NCBI GenBank assembly: GCA_018398765.1
Contig: JAHBMJ010000196.1
Span: forward strand, 1 to 54,071
DNA from: Chromera velia
Taxonomy: Eukaryota
Direction: 5' to 3'
DNA: 54,071 bases
The notes under the pieces are model-generated. The model was given only the letters and a program-made list of their open reading frames with translations. It was not told where the DNA came from and did no database searches. Both the position numbers and the translations under genes were made by a program. Numbering within the stretch: position 1 is the first letter of the stretch; the number at the start of each line of letters is the position of its first letter. Of this stretch, positions 34,657-46,021 are shown in pieces.

Positions 34657-37284
34657 ACGAAAACCTTTTATGTCTGACGTAAAGTGATTGTCATCGAAGG
34701 GCACACTGCGACATTAGAGCGAGCGGGGGTGGAGGGGGGGGGGGGGGCAAGCAGGCACGCCTACAGGAGGACTACAGACAGAAGAATGGGACATGCAGGA
34801 AGCAAAGCTTACAAAGAAGAAAAAAACTGCACATGCATCAAACGGACTGACAGCTGGGTCCCTGAACGGTTTGAGAAAAGAAAATCGACAGAAGAAAGGA
34901 ACTATGCAGAGAAGAAGCATGTCCAGAAGCCCTTCCTGTCCCTGTCGCCCCTCTTTCTCCCTCTTACCTCTGTCCTTTGGCGGAGCCCATCCAGGTCCAG
35001 TTGTAGCACCTCTGCAGTCATGATTGCACCGTGTCTTTGAGACTTTCTTGAGCAGACACTACTTGTGCGTGTGAATGTACACGATCATTTTCCCGTTGTC
35101 TTTGCCCGCATGGGGTCTTTGTTTGCCTCTCCTGAGAATCTATTATCTTTCTGCATGCTCTTATTGGCCTGATAGCCTTGCAAGCTCCCGAGTCGAAGCA
35201 TGATTCGTTGCCCTTCCTATTTCTCCCCCGGCTCTGCTCTTCGTCCGTGGATGTCTCCTTCGGCCGTGCAGTGCTGCTGTGTGTCCATGCGTCATTTTAT
35301 TTCGTTTCTTGACAACTCATCATTCTCTCCTGATCTGCTCCTTCCTGACTGATTAAAATGGCTGCGCTTCAATCAATCCCTTTTCCTATCTCTCCTTCGT
35401 GCTTCTGGAGTTGGAGTTGGGTCTGCTTCGATAGTCTGTGTGTGAAACTAACACGGAAACAGGAAGACAGGAACAGACAGACTATATGTTTCTTCTTCTT
35501 CTCCCTCCTTTTCTTCATGAACACAACAGACAAAAAGAAACAAAGACCAAAGACAAAACAACAGACAGACAGACAGACAGACAGACAGAAAGAAAGACAG
35601 AAAGACTGCGTGCTTTGTTTTCGTTTCCTTCCGTTTCACCGGTGTATATCTTCTTTTCAGACAGACAGGTAGAGCTAGAGGGAGACAGACCGGGAGAGAA
35701 AAGTAGAGCCTCCCGAAGCTGCCCGTCTTTCAGCCCGGCTTCGCTCCGCAAATGCTGCAGTGCACGCCAGAAAGTTGAGCAGAAGAGGGGGGCCAAAGAA
35801 GAGAAGACACGCCAGAAAGTTGAGCAGAAGAGGGGGGCCAAAGAAGAGAAGACACGCCAGAAAGTTGAGCAGAAGAGGGGGGCGAAAGAAGAGAAGCACG
35901 CCAGAAAGTTGAGCAGAAGAGGGGGGCCAAAGAAGAGGAGCACGCCAGAAAGTTGAGCAGAAGAGTGGGGGCCAAAGAAGAGAAGCACGCCAGAAAGTTG
36001 AGCAGAAGAGGGGGGCCAAAGAAGAGAAGACAATCCAGAAAGTTGAGCAGAAGAGGGGGGCGAAAGAAGAGAAGCACGCCAGAAAGTTGAGCAGAAGAGG
36101 GGGGCCAAAGAAGAGAAGACTGTGAGGCAAAGGGACAACCAGAAGATGCGAAAGCAGAACACGTGTGGGGGAAAGACAAACGGTCCAGAAGTACAGGCAG
36201 GAAAGGGGAGGATACGGAAGAGAACAAAAACGGACAGAGAGACAAGGATTGAGAGCGTCCCCGTTCCTCTGCCCGCCAGGTAATATCTGGCCGTGCAAAC
36301 CGACCTCAAATATTTGAGAGACCCTACAGCTGTCCACCTCTGGCGAGAGTACTTCATTTTCTGCACAACCCCCCGCGGAAAGAGGCAAGCACTTCTGTTT
36401 CGTCACTCCCACGGAAGGCAAGCAGGTGCATCCGCTTCTGTCGGTCGAACCAAGAAGGGCCATGCAACAAAGAATCAAGAAGGGCCATTCAACAAGGAAG
36501 AAAGCTCTGCTCCGGAGTCGTGGGCAAAGAAGGGAAAGAAGTACGTTGAAGACACAGTTGGCGGGAAAAGCATCAATGGTTCAGCGAAAGAATCGGACAG
36601 GAAGAGAGGTATGAAAGGAAGAATCAATGGCACTCAGCAAGGAAAGGGAGACAACCTGGAAAGGAAACGAGGAGAGAAGAGAAGAGCTGTTGTAAGTAGC
36701 ATGACTGGAAAATCGGAACAAAAAGGCTGAAAGTTAAAACAATCGCAAGAATAACACGGTGTTTCGCTTACCGTGCAGCATGACGCACTGCTCAATTTGC
36801 GCGCTGGACAGTCCTGCAGTCATGGAATCATTTTGTGAAGGAAACGGGACAGGGAACAAAAAGGAACGAACTCGGTCTTACAGAAAGATCTTGTCGAACC
36901 AAGCTCCAGGCCCCTATTGTGTAAAGACCTGCCTTGTTTGTGGAGGAGGTCAAAGCGCGAAAGAATGTTCCCAATGTCATACTTTGTCTGCCCCCCTGCT
37001 TCCGCCAGATGAGAAGACACTGCAGCTGCCGAAGCGGAGGAAAGGGCCCGCACACGCCTCCATGGTGAAAATTGAGGAGGAGACGGCTGGAAAGGAGACG
37101 GCAAACATGGCCGGAAGCCCCCACTCCCGTTCATGTGCTTGAAGCACCTTCTCTGCATTTTGGGCAGCCTGATCGCTCCTGTAACACACCGTCGTTGCCC
37201 TTCTTTGCATCCCAACATTGAAACGGACTCTGGTCTCCAGAGACGGATGCGAGAGACAAAGATGGACGGGGCAAGTAAGGGCAT
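27843..37284 (-). CDS. mTERF-repeat (mitochondrial/plastid transcription termination factor family) protein, multi-exon, with probable organellar transit peptide; ends approximate
   Basis: Joined exons give [73 protein letters not shown] and [35 protein letters not shown], which match the mTERF repeat pattern (L-x-x-G-h...P-x-h-L; LE-x-x-h-x-PR). Arg/Ser-rich N-terminus (ATG 37284 or 37158). Confidence 0.68.
28436..28443. other. Assembly gap (8 N) within a poly-C run
   Basis: Ns seen directly. Confidence 0.99.
35763..36120. repeat. Intronic minisatellite, ~8 copies of a 44-45-bp unit (CACGCCAGAAAGTTGAGCAGAAGAGGGGGGCCAAAGAAGAGAAGA)
   Basis: Head-to-tail near-identical units with no spacers, ending just before a splice acceptor of the minus-strand gene (~35757). 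Confidence 0.92.
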
Positions 37285-37826
37285 CCCTTTTTTTCAGTGT
37301 GCATCGAGTTCCACTTCCCGCTGACTGCCGGAATTTTGTGCAATGAGATCGAGAACCGTCAAACCCCATGCAAAGGCTGTACCAAAGGGCCTCCCTCTGA
37401 TGGTCCATGCATGCACGCCGTTGGCAGCAGTTGGCTGGCAGCTTGTGAGAGATTGTGAGAGGGAAAAGAGTCATCATTCACATGCACATGCATGCAGCTC
37501 ATATGAGATATTATGAGATAGCTCGGCGCGCGCGCATCTCGCGCGCGCTGGTGTGCATGGCTCGCTTCGCGCGCGGGTGTGAAGATCGAACTAACGTGGA
37601 AAAAATTAAGTCATGCAAGCAAGAGAGTTAAGCTTTAAGATCTTCGAAGCTGGTAGTATGGTCAAGTAGCTAGCGGCTTGCAGAAGCTCGTCTGCGGCTC
37701 AGCTTCTTCTGATAGTTGTGCAAAAGATTCGAAAAAGCTGAGGACTTCGTGGCAGTTGTGCGGTCCTCCGTTCTTTTTCGCTGCGTGGAGTCGAATTTGA
37801 TCCGTCTCCTCTGAGAACGAGAAACA
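37285..37826. promoter_or_regulatory. Compact divergent promoter between the mTERF-like and rhomboid genes
   Basis: TGCATGCA (~37408, ~37489) and three (CG)n runs at 37526-37576 lie between head-to-head starts. Confidence 0.55.
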
Positions 37827-39656
37827 ATGTCTACCACACAGACGGAGGGGTCTACGGAAAGGATGTCACTACCAGTTGTTACGCAGTCCCTCCTATTGAT
37901 AAATGTTGGTGTCTTCATCTGTTCGCTAATTTTTGGAGATAGTCTAGCTGGCAGCATGGTCTGGTGGAATGGGTTTTGGCAGTGGGGGATCGCTCCTTAT
38001 CGTATTGAAGGTTGCATTATGGGTACATATGTTTGTTCATCTTTCGAAACTGCGCGTTCTGTCCTCGGAATCTGGACTTTCAACTTTCTTCACAAGGGCC
38101 TACTTCACATTTTCTTCAACATGCGATTTCTCATGCAGGTATGTCTTCCGCTTACAAAATCTTCCATAGTCTTTTCACTTGCTTCACCTCCGAGCACATT
38201 TACACCCCCCGTCCTTTTCCTGTTGCTTTTTCGTCAACCACACTGGCCCATGTTCTCCGTTCGTCTGCCTCTGATATATCATCCGCAGAGACGTTCCTTT
38301 TCTATTCCTCGATTTAGACATTCCTGTCTATCCGTCGGTTTTCGACTGACCTGCACCGATGTCTCGATATGGTTTCTGCTCCTGCACCTTCGCCACTCTC
38401 CTCTAAGGATTCGTTCTCACTGTTGTATCGCCATTTCCTGTAGCATTTCCCTCTTTTTTTTTTGTCCACTGTTTTCTTTTCGCTCTCTGCAGGTGGGAAG
38501 CTTTCTTGAGATCCGTATGGGCTCTAGCGCATTCCTCCTTCTGAATATCATCCTCATCCTGCTGGTTGGACCAGTACAAATGCTCATGGCCCTGCTGCTT
38601 CAGGGGATTGGCCTTGCAGTGGCCTCTGCTTGGCTCGTGTCTTACGCTTCTTTTTGGAATGGTGTGGGGTTCTCAGCTGTCCTTTTCGGATATGAAGTCA
38701 TACTTGTTCACTTCATGGAATCACGTGCAATGGTCAACTGGTACTGCTGGAGGGTCCAGCTTTGGGTGACACCGTTTCTGTCCCTCATTTTTCTCACAGT
38801 CATCTTCCGTGCGTCTTTTATGGGCCATTTGTCCGGTATTCTTGTCGGCTACATGTTGATGTGCGATAAGCTGCGTTGGCTTCATAGACCAGCGACGAGA
38901 CTAGATGCCGCGCTGTCCAACGGTTGCCTGTCGGGGCTCTATCGGCATCCGAAGTTTCAACTGTGCCCGGAGTTTGCGTGGGACCTCGATAGACCTGTCG
39001 ATGTTCTGAGGACTGCAGCCAGGTGGCTGTTCAGGTTCACAAACTGCTGCAGCTGCTGCTGGAGGAGAAGGGAAGGGAGGGAGCATGCATCGGGAGCGGG
39101 TCGCATTCTTGGAGATGCTGCGCCTCCTGCCTCTTCCTCTTCTCCTCCTGCTGTCGATGAACGTCCCCTGACTCAAAACGCGAGACAGGACATAGAGATG
39201 GGGGGGAGTGGTTCCTCGTCCCGGGAATGCAAGGGGAGCATCCCCTTTTCGGGGAGGGGGATTCGGTTGGGATGGGGGGAGACGGAGTTGGCACTATCAT
39301 CTGCATCCACGTCGAGCTCACCCGGGCCCTCCGCCCCTCCGTTGCCTCCTACGAGCACTCCAGGCTCTCTGCAGTCTCAGTCAAACTCAATGACGAATGA
39401 GCCCGAGACAAACGGACTGGGAGATCGAAATGAAGGGGGGGGGAGTCCAACCCTTTTTGGCCCAGGTCTGTTGGGAAATTCCGGACCGAAATGCTTTGTG
39501 AAGCTGAGTGCACCGCAGCAAGAGGAAGGGAGGTTGAGCGTGAGTGTGAGTTCTACAGACAAAAACGAAGAGACAGAGACAGAGACAGAGCAGGAAGAAA
39601 GAGATCCCCTTATCTCCGCAAAAGCCGAACGAGATGTTGGGGAGTCACAAAAGTGA
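37827..39656 (+). CDS. Rhomboid-family intramembrane serine protease (RHBDL4/RHBDD1/plant RBL14-15-like), one intron 38139-38492
   Basis: FLHKGLLHIFFNM motif, LE-x-RMGS, catalytic GFSAVLFG and SFMGHLSGILVG, plus FSGRGIRLG (SHP-box-like) in the tail. A GT(38139)...CAG(38492) intron with a pyrimidine tract splits MQ|VGSFLE. Confidence 0.9.
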   Translation: MSTTQTEGSTERMSLPVVTQSLLLINVGVFICSLIFGDSLAGSMVWWNGFWQWGIAPYRIEGCIMGTYVCSSFETARSVLGIWTFNFLHKGLLHIFFNMRFLMQVCLPLTKSSIVFSLASPPSTFTPPVLFLLLFRQPHWPMFSVRLPLIYHPQRRSFSIPRFRHSCLSVGFRLTCTDVSIWFLLLHLRHSPLRIRSHCCIAISCSISLFFFCPLFSFRSLQVGSFLEIRMGSSAFLLLNIILILLVGPVQMLMALLLQGIGLAVASAWLVSYASFWNGVGFSAVLFGYEVILVHFMESRAMVNWYCWRVQLWVTPFLSLIFLTVIFRASFMGHLSGILVGYMLMCDKLRWLHRPATRLDAALSNGCLSGLYRHPKFQLCPEFAWDLDRPVDVLRTAARWLFRFTNCCSCCWRRREGREHASGAGRILGDAAPPASSSSPPAVDERPLTQNARQDIEMGGSGSSSRECKGSIPFSGRGIRLGWGETELALSSASTSSSPGPSAPPLPPTSTPGSLQSQSNSMTNEPETNGLGDRNEGGGSPTLFGPGLLGNSGPKCFVKLSAPQQEEGRLSVSVSSTDKNEETETETEQEERDPLISAKAERDVGESQK

Positions 39657-40476
39657 TTGAAGTGCTCTCGGTCTCTTTGTTGTCGGTGCAGAAATGGAGG
39701 AGAGAAATGATGGTCCTCGAGAAGGCTATGTTTTGAGGAAAGATAGACAAAGGACACGTTAGAGCAGATACAGCAAGAAATGTCAGACCGGGAAACGGAA
39801 AGAATGCGCTGCATGGTATATGCGTCACGATGGTAGCATGGCGGGGTCTTGGTCGATGAGCATTTTTGTTCTTGGTCTTGCCCATCCACTGAATTCTGGG
39901 TATGATAGTTTTGTGAAGTGCCCTCCCCTAAGATTTTTTTTGCTTTCCGTGGAGGAAATGGGTCGCAGATTGGGATCGAGTGATCCCGAAGCCAACATAT
40001 CAAGAGGGTCAGAGTGGGGCTTTCAAAGATGTTTAATTTGTGCATGGATCTCCTAATTCTTTCCCCTTTCCCATTAATCGTCTCTTCCCCTCTCCTTTCG
40101 TGTTTACTCAACTTCACTGTATTCTCTCTTGCTGGTTGAGTTGTCGGAATGAATAATTTGGGCGGGAAGGTGAGAGTCCAATTTTGTTCTTGCGCGTCGT
40201 TTACTATGTGCCGCATGTCAGATGTGCGCTGCACTCTGCTGATATGGATGTAGCATCAGAAGAATCAACTTGCGACTGATTTCAGTACGCCTCAGCATAC
40301 AAAATGAAGGTGTGAATGCAGGTCAGTGGTCCCATGCACTAGCTTATTAAATTGTTAGTAGCTGATGAGTCTGAAAGGTCCAATGACTCGCGGAAATCTT
40401 TATAGCAGTGAATCGACATGCCTAGCGACATGCAGATATTATCAGAGTTTTAAAATCATTGGTTAAGTTAACCGTA

Positions 40477-41009
40477 CGTGGGCAAGTCTAGCAGCGGAAG
40501 CATACCCCGTGGGAGTGGTCCACGTAAAGGAGCCGATCATTAGGGAGGAAGGGGAGGTGCAGGGATGTCCGGCGCTAAGGGGGGACTTCCAAGTCCGGGG
40601 GGCCTATGCTCCACAAAGGCTGGCAATTTTTGATACCAGGGTGATAAACCCACACGCCGCCTCGAGGGAGAAGGTGACCTGGACTCAAGCTCTCAAAGCA
40701 GCAGCAGAAGAAAAGAAGAGGAAACATAGGCAGGCAAGCGCGGACAGAGGGTGCAACTTCACCCTACTCGTGAGTGCGGTCGACGGGACGATGGAGGGGG
40801 AAACAAAGATGTTCTTGAAGAGGGTGGCAGAGCGATTGAGTGAGAAATGGGGGCAACACGTGAGCAAGACGTGCGGCCGGATCCAAGCCCAACTGCAGAT
40901 TGCCCACCTGAAAGCGGCAAGCGCGTGTATTTGGGGGACCAGAGGAGTGCAGGGGGAGGGCTGGGAGGAAGGAGGAGTAGGCAGTGCGCTGGTCATGACT
41001 GAGGGGTAG
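40477..41009 (+). mobile_element. 5'-truncated non-LTR retrotransposon fragment: C-terminal restriction-like endonuclease (RLE) domain, CRE-like
   Basis: W-x-x-LA-x-EA...EP...LRGDFQVRG...FDTRVINP...EEKKRKH...[10 protein letters not shown]...[13 protein letters not shown]...RIQAQLQIA matches the R-x-D...D...E-x-x-K-x-x-KY RLE layout. RT portion absent. Confidence 0.82.
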
Positions 41010-42170
41010 GAAGTACTTAGCAAATGCCGAAGAAGGCATTCGGATGGAGGAGCATCAAGTATGAGGTCGCATGAGAGAGAGAGCTAGCAGCAAGAGCAGT
41101 AACCAGGACAGAAGGAAGAGACGAAAGACGTATAGGCCAGACGCTAGGAATAAACTTTAAGTCAATGCCCTCCCGGTTAAGGCCTAAGTTAAGGCTATAC
41201 CATTAAGCTATAGTTATTATTCTAGTTGTTACAGCTAATTGGCTGAGTAGCCCTAGGAGTAGCCACTGCAGCACTCAGTAGCGCGAGCCAAAACTTTTTT
41301 TTTTATTTGTATAGGTAGATTAGGCCTTGCAGAGACATAAAGGGGTTTACTACGGTAGGGTTTAGGCTAAGGCTAAGGTCTAGGCGGGGAGGGTATATCT
41401 AACTGAATTAAAGCCCGTCGTTAATTGTAGAAAAAATAATTATAAAATTTTTTTTTAATGACTATAGTTTCTCTTAATTGGAAAATTAATCAAAAGTTTT
41501 TTTAGATGCATTGATTTATATTCAAGATAATAAGAAACGTACTAGTATTCTGGCAACTCTGCTGTTTAACTAAGTTTCACCATTTACGTTATGTGCTGTA
41601 TAGCATGATATTATTAGTATCATAAAAGCTAGCATAAAAGCCCTAGCTCAGGTTGCACTGGCAGAGTAAAACAGAAATTACAGAAAAAAATGATATGATA
41701 CTGATAATCTGAAGATGAATTGAAGATGAAGAACGATCTGAAGGGCTATGAAGGGCTAACTGAAGGGCATAGAAGGGCACTTAAGTCATATTGTAAATTC
41801 ATAATGTGCAGATATACACTTAATTGACTCTAGGAGCCAGCAAGCCACCCAGCAGCATTCGTTGGTGTATAAACCCATGAAGCTATGGATAATCCAGAGA
41901 AAGTCAGTGTACCAGAAAGGAGTCCCTGACTCCCTGGATCCCTAGCTGGATCCAAAGACGATATTCTTTCATTCATTTGTACCTCAAAAAACATTGTACT
42001 GCCTTTTTTCCAACTATGCAGCCCCCCGCAAGCACCCGTATGTAATCAATCCTTTCTTGCTCGTTTATTTTCGGGTCACGCACCGTTTCTGCACAAATCC
42101 CGGACCGTCGTGCTGCATGTACCGGACCCGAGAAGGATCTTCAGTTGGTGCTCGAGCAACAGATTCTTTG

Positions 42171-42677
42171 TCAACGCCTCTCTGTCTCTTTCTCACTCAT
42201 CTTGTGTTCACCGATGTAGATGAGAAACAGAGCAACGAATGACGAACAAATGGTGGAAGCACATACAGCGGCGAGCCCGCCCTTAGCAAGAACGAATTTC
42301 CCCTCCCTAAGTGCTTGCATTACGCGGACATAGCGTACGGCAGCGAACAACAACAAGACCCCTCCGTTACCCGCCAAGATGGCACAAGCTAGATCAATCT
42401 CTTCAGGGGGCTTTTCTCCTGTGCCAGGTGCGGGCCCAAGAAAGCGATAGTATGCCGCAAAGAGTCCCGTACTTGCCGTCAAAAAACCCAGGCCGCATCG
42501 CGACCAAGCCAGGAAGGTCCTTTCATTCGCCAAATGGTCTCGAGCTGTTGAGCCTTCATTTCGGATTGCCGTACAGAGGTCTCTGTATAGGCGCGCGGCT
42601 CGAACTCTTCCGTAGTAAGGGACGAAGGCTGGCGGAGTTCTGAACCACAGTACTGGTGAAACTCTGAGGACATTCAT
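42171..42677 (-). CDS. DUF202 (YidH/Vtc1-like) small membrane protein, 168 aa, intronless
   Basis: Signature NEGSTARDHLANERTFLAWSR followed by three hydrophobic helices. Confidence 0.88.
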   Translation of the reverse strand: MNVLRVSPVLWFRTPPAFVPYYGRVRAARLYRDLCTAIRNEGSTARDHLANERTFLAWSRCGLGFLTASTGLFAAYYRFLGPAPGTGEKPPEEIDLACAILAGNGGVLLLFAAVRYVRVMQALREGKFVLAKGGLAAVCASTICSSFVALFLIYIGEHKMSEKETERR

Positions 42678-43019
42678 CTGTCACAGACATCCGCTTTTGT
42701 CTGCGTAAACAACTTTAGGCGACAGTCGGCCGCGGAGAATTAAGCGGTCACCACAGCTTCTTTATCAGACAAGTTTGAGGTGGAGTGTCGGCCCCTTTTG
42801 ATCCGCAAAAGGCGAAATCGGCAAGTGCTGAAGATGATGTGCTGTCGCTGAAAACGTATATATTGATATCTATATGGGAGACCAACACGTCCACGGGTCC
42901 TTCAAAGTCCATGAGGTGGAATGAAAGCGGCTTCGAAGCACGAGAAGGTTTGTCCTGGCTGTAGCGGACCGTGACGACACGACACTAGCTGCAGTCATAA
43001 ACGAGCAGCTAGCGTTACC

Positions 43020-43320
43020 ATGCAGGTGTGCTGCATGCACGTGAATGCATGCAGTTGCAAAGTGTTGCACAAACGATCGACATGCAGCTAGAGCTGTAGA
43101 TTTGCATGCATGCATGCAACACGTGTACATTTGCAACAGCGTCGCTGCAACAGGCGTATATATACGTACATGTGTATGTATTCATATGTCGATAAATTGA
43201 TACATCTGGCCGTTCCTCGATCGATCGACCCAGCAGCTTTCACGCTTTGATCAATCCCACAAAAGCCAAATTTGCAACTTTTACACCCTCCCGGGTCAAC
43301 AAATCGATCGATCGGATTCC
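43020..43320. promoter_or_regulatory. Cluster of TGCATGCA and (CGAT)n palindromes upstream of the DUF202 gene
   Basis: TGCATGCA at 43032 and 43046, tandem TGCATGCATGCATGCA at 43103, CGATCGATCG at ~43218 and ~43305. Confidence 0.5.
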
Positions 43321-43515
43321 AGCCTGCAGGCCTCATTCATACCCACTTAGTCCCACCCGTTTTAACTGAGTGCCTCCATTCCCACAAGGTCAGCAATTGA
43401 AGCGGGCGCCTGTTCAAGAAGCCAACAGAGGACACAGCTTATAGGCTGCTTGAGCACTGCCACGATTTCAAAAAACCAGTTCGATCGGGACTGAATCTTG
43501 CAGAGGAAGAGAAAG

Positions 43516-44285
43516 ATGCCTCGCCTCTTCACCTTCATGCTTTTCGTCATGCTCTCCCTTTCGAAGCCCGCTCTGAGCACTTCCCCCGGGACCATCATGG
43601 AGGATGCTGCAGATGTTTTTGGTTTGTCAGCACCTCTGCAGTGACGAGTCAAGGGGCGACAGTACGAAAATTGTTTTCTAGAGGCGTTCAAAGAATCAGA
43701 GCATGACTGTCTCGAATCTCATCCTGTCAGGAAGAAGCGACTTTCTCATGAAGATCCATCCCCCTGAAGAAGATCCAGCCGATACTGCCGACGCGATCGA
43801 CTCGCTGAAGGAAATCGAGGAAGCGTTAGTCAAACTTCGATCAGCGATCTCAATGGAATCTTTCTCCTGCGCTACAAACTTTTCTCTTGGTGGATGCCTT
43901 TCAGAGATCGCCGTGCGGAAGAACAAGAGTTTGCTTCTGAGAGTCAGCTTTGACTGCCCTTCAATCCCTTCACATCAGATTCTGTGAACGAAAAAAACGT
44001 CTGACATACCCTGGACTTCAGAGTCAAGATTGCTGGACCTACACAAGACAAGGATTCAAGACATCGTTCACGCCGCGTTCGAGCCGCTCCAGGCCATGCT
44101 CCCGAATCCCGTGCACACCCAAATCAGAAAGGTGATTCAGGAGTTAAGAGGCTGATTCGCCAAGTTCCAACTCAACCACTCCTTTCTCGGTGCTTCTCTA
44201 CCTATCATTGATTTCGAAATTCGAAACCGCTGATATTTTCAGGCACTTGACGACTACGTTTATCCCGCACGAGGACGAGCCTGAA
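43516..44285 (+). pseudogene. Decayed gene for a putative secreted protein (copy 1)
   Basis: Signal-peptide-like start MPRLFTFMLFVMLSLSKPALS. The protein-like frame is interrupted by TGA stops and by a frameshift near 43760. A paralogous copy lies at 51256-51545. Confidence 0.5.
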
Positions 44286-45504
44286 CTTCAAGTTGTTGGG
44301 CTGCCTCGGGCACGATGCGAGCTTTATTAATTCAAACACTGCATCACAAAGAAGCTTCGAAAGGTCCATGTTGAGTTTGAAGAAACATCATCTTCGCCTT
44401 TTGTATCGCAATTAGGTTAGTAGCAAACGAGCAAAAGTTTTCAGTTCTGTCGCTATGCAAGTTAGTTGGACTGACGAATCAAAGGCAATTGTCAAAGAAC
44501 CTAGCAAGGAACTGAAATGCTTTCAATTGCTTTAGTACGATGTTTATACGTAACTTATAGACAATATTATCAAATACTCTGTAACATACAGTATATGTAA
44601 GCCATATACTTTACTACAAGGCTATATATAATTTACGTGATTACATGTGTGTACGTACTTCTCCTTTTAAAAATGAAAAAAAAGTGCTAAAGTTGAAGGT
44701 TTGGTTAGGTTTGGTCTACCACATAACTAAAAACTATAGTTATATAGTACTAGTAAAAATTAATGTTAATAAACCTGTATTCTGAATTGTTCATAAAGTT
44801 CTGCTAGTAGCTTCGGATTTGACATTGGTGGATCTAGCACTTAGTCTCACATCATTTAATGATCATTAAATTTTTAAATTATGAGGACTCAGAAAGCCAA
44901 GTAAAAAAATATGAATTATATAAGATTTTTTTTGTCTTATGTCAGAAATACTGAAGCAGTCGATCAGAAACACAATAAACAGCAAACTTTCAAACGTTGA
45001 ATATGGGTATACATAGAGTATCATAGAGTGCAGTAGAAACAAGTACGTATGTACAGATCTTTACTTACCCAGACGACTTTTAGAAGAGTACTAACTAGTA
45101 GTAAAAGTGTTAATTACAATTAATTGCAATTAAAGGCTTTTTAAAGCAGAATCGATCGCATTGTATATAAGTATAGTTCAATACATGTACTATGCTGTAG
45201 CATCTATTTATATTGATGCACATGTAATTGAGGGTCTTAATCTAGCCTAAAGTCTCAATGTGGGTCACTCTCGGTTGATTGGCTTTCTACCTGAACAAGA
45301 AGTGCATTGCCTGAGCTCGACTTTATCTGTTTTAATTTAATTCTGTTTTCTCTAACGTAGTTGGAGTGATAGTCAGTGACCAGTCGATCGATCTCCCATC
45401 TTATCGTCTTCTTTTGAATCTTTTTAGTGGCGATGATCTTTAGAACAAAACACTAGTCTAAGAGTGACTAGACAAAGGATCAACTGTCCCTGCATGGCCA
45501 TAAC

Positions 45505-45760
45505 TGTTACGAACCTTTGGACCTAGGCTCGATTTGGTCCTTAGAGTAATACAGAGAATTAATAGCATTAAATACACACTGTAATACAAAGGCATGCACG
45601 TCTGTATCTCAGCCTTTGCAATACAGATTGATTGAGCCTGTTAGAAGGACCGAGTCTTTCCTGAACGATAGGGAAGGCCCTTGTGCGTCTGACAGATTCT
45701 CTGTATGTAAAACTTGTGGGTGAGTTGATTCCTAAGTTCTAGAGAGCTTAAACTAGAACA
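45505..45760 (+). repeat. Gypsy 5' LTR
   Basis: TGTTACG...AACTAGAACA; 6 substitutions versus the 3' LTR by manual comparison. Confidence 0.97.
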
Positions 45761-46021
45761 TTGGTCAGCAGAGCTTCGGGTGCGACCGGGGAAGACAAAA
45801 TTCCCACACGGAGCGGGTCGGGATACAGGCTGTCAGAGGCGGGGGAGAGTTCTCCACCATCGATCCCCTCTGTGCATCCTTAGGCAGAATCTCTCAACTT
45901 CAGTTCTGTTCCATCTGTTGGCTCTCTGTTCTCACCCACCCGCAGTATCCGAGATTCCTCCAGCGAATCAGACTCAGTCCCATCCGATCCAGATTCTGAG
46001 CCACAACAGCAGCAAGTAGAC

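Noticed and set aside
35763..36120. CRISPR-like array
   Set aside because: Units are contiguous with no unique spacers, there are no cas genes, and the context is a eukaryotic intron. It is a minisatellite.
41165..41395. Degenerate inverted repeat (CCCTCCCG...CGGGGAGGG) and telomere-like GGGTTTAGG
   Set aside because: The match is too short and degenerate to call a MITE, and a single telomere-like unit is not an array.
43640..44285. UGA recoding (Sec/Trp) to explain repeated in-frame TGA
   Set aside because: A frameshift is also present, the paralogue is decayed, other genes here end in TGA normally, and no SECIS was recognised. CGA/TGG>TGA decay is simpler.
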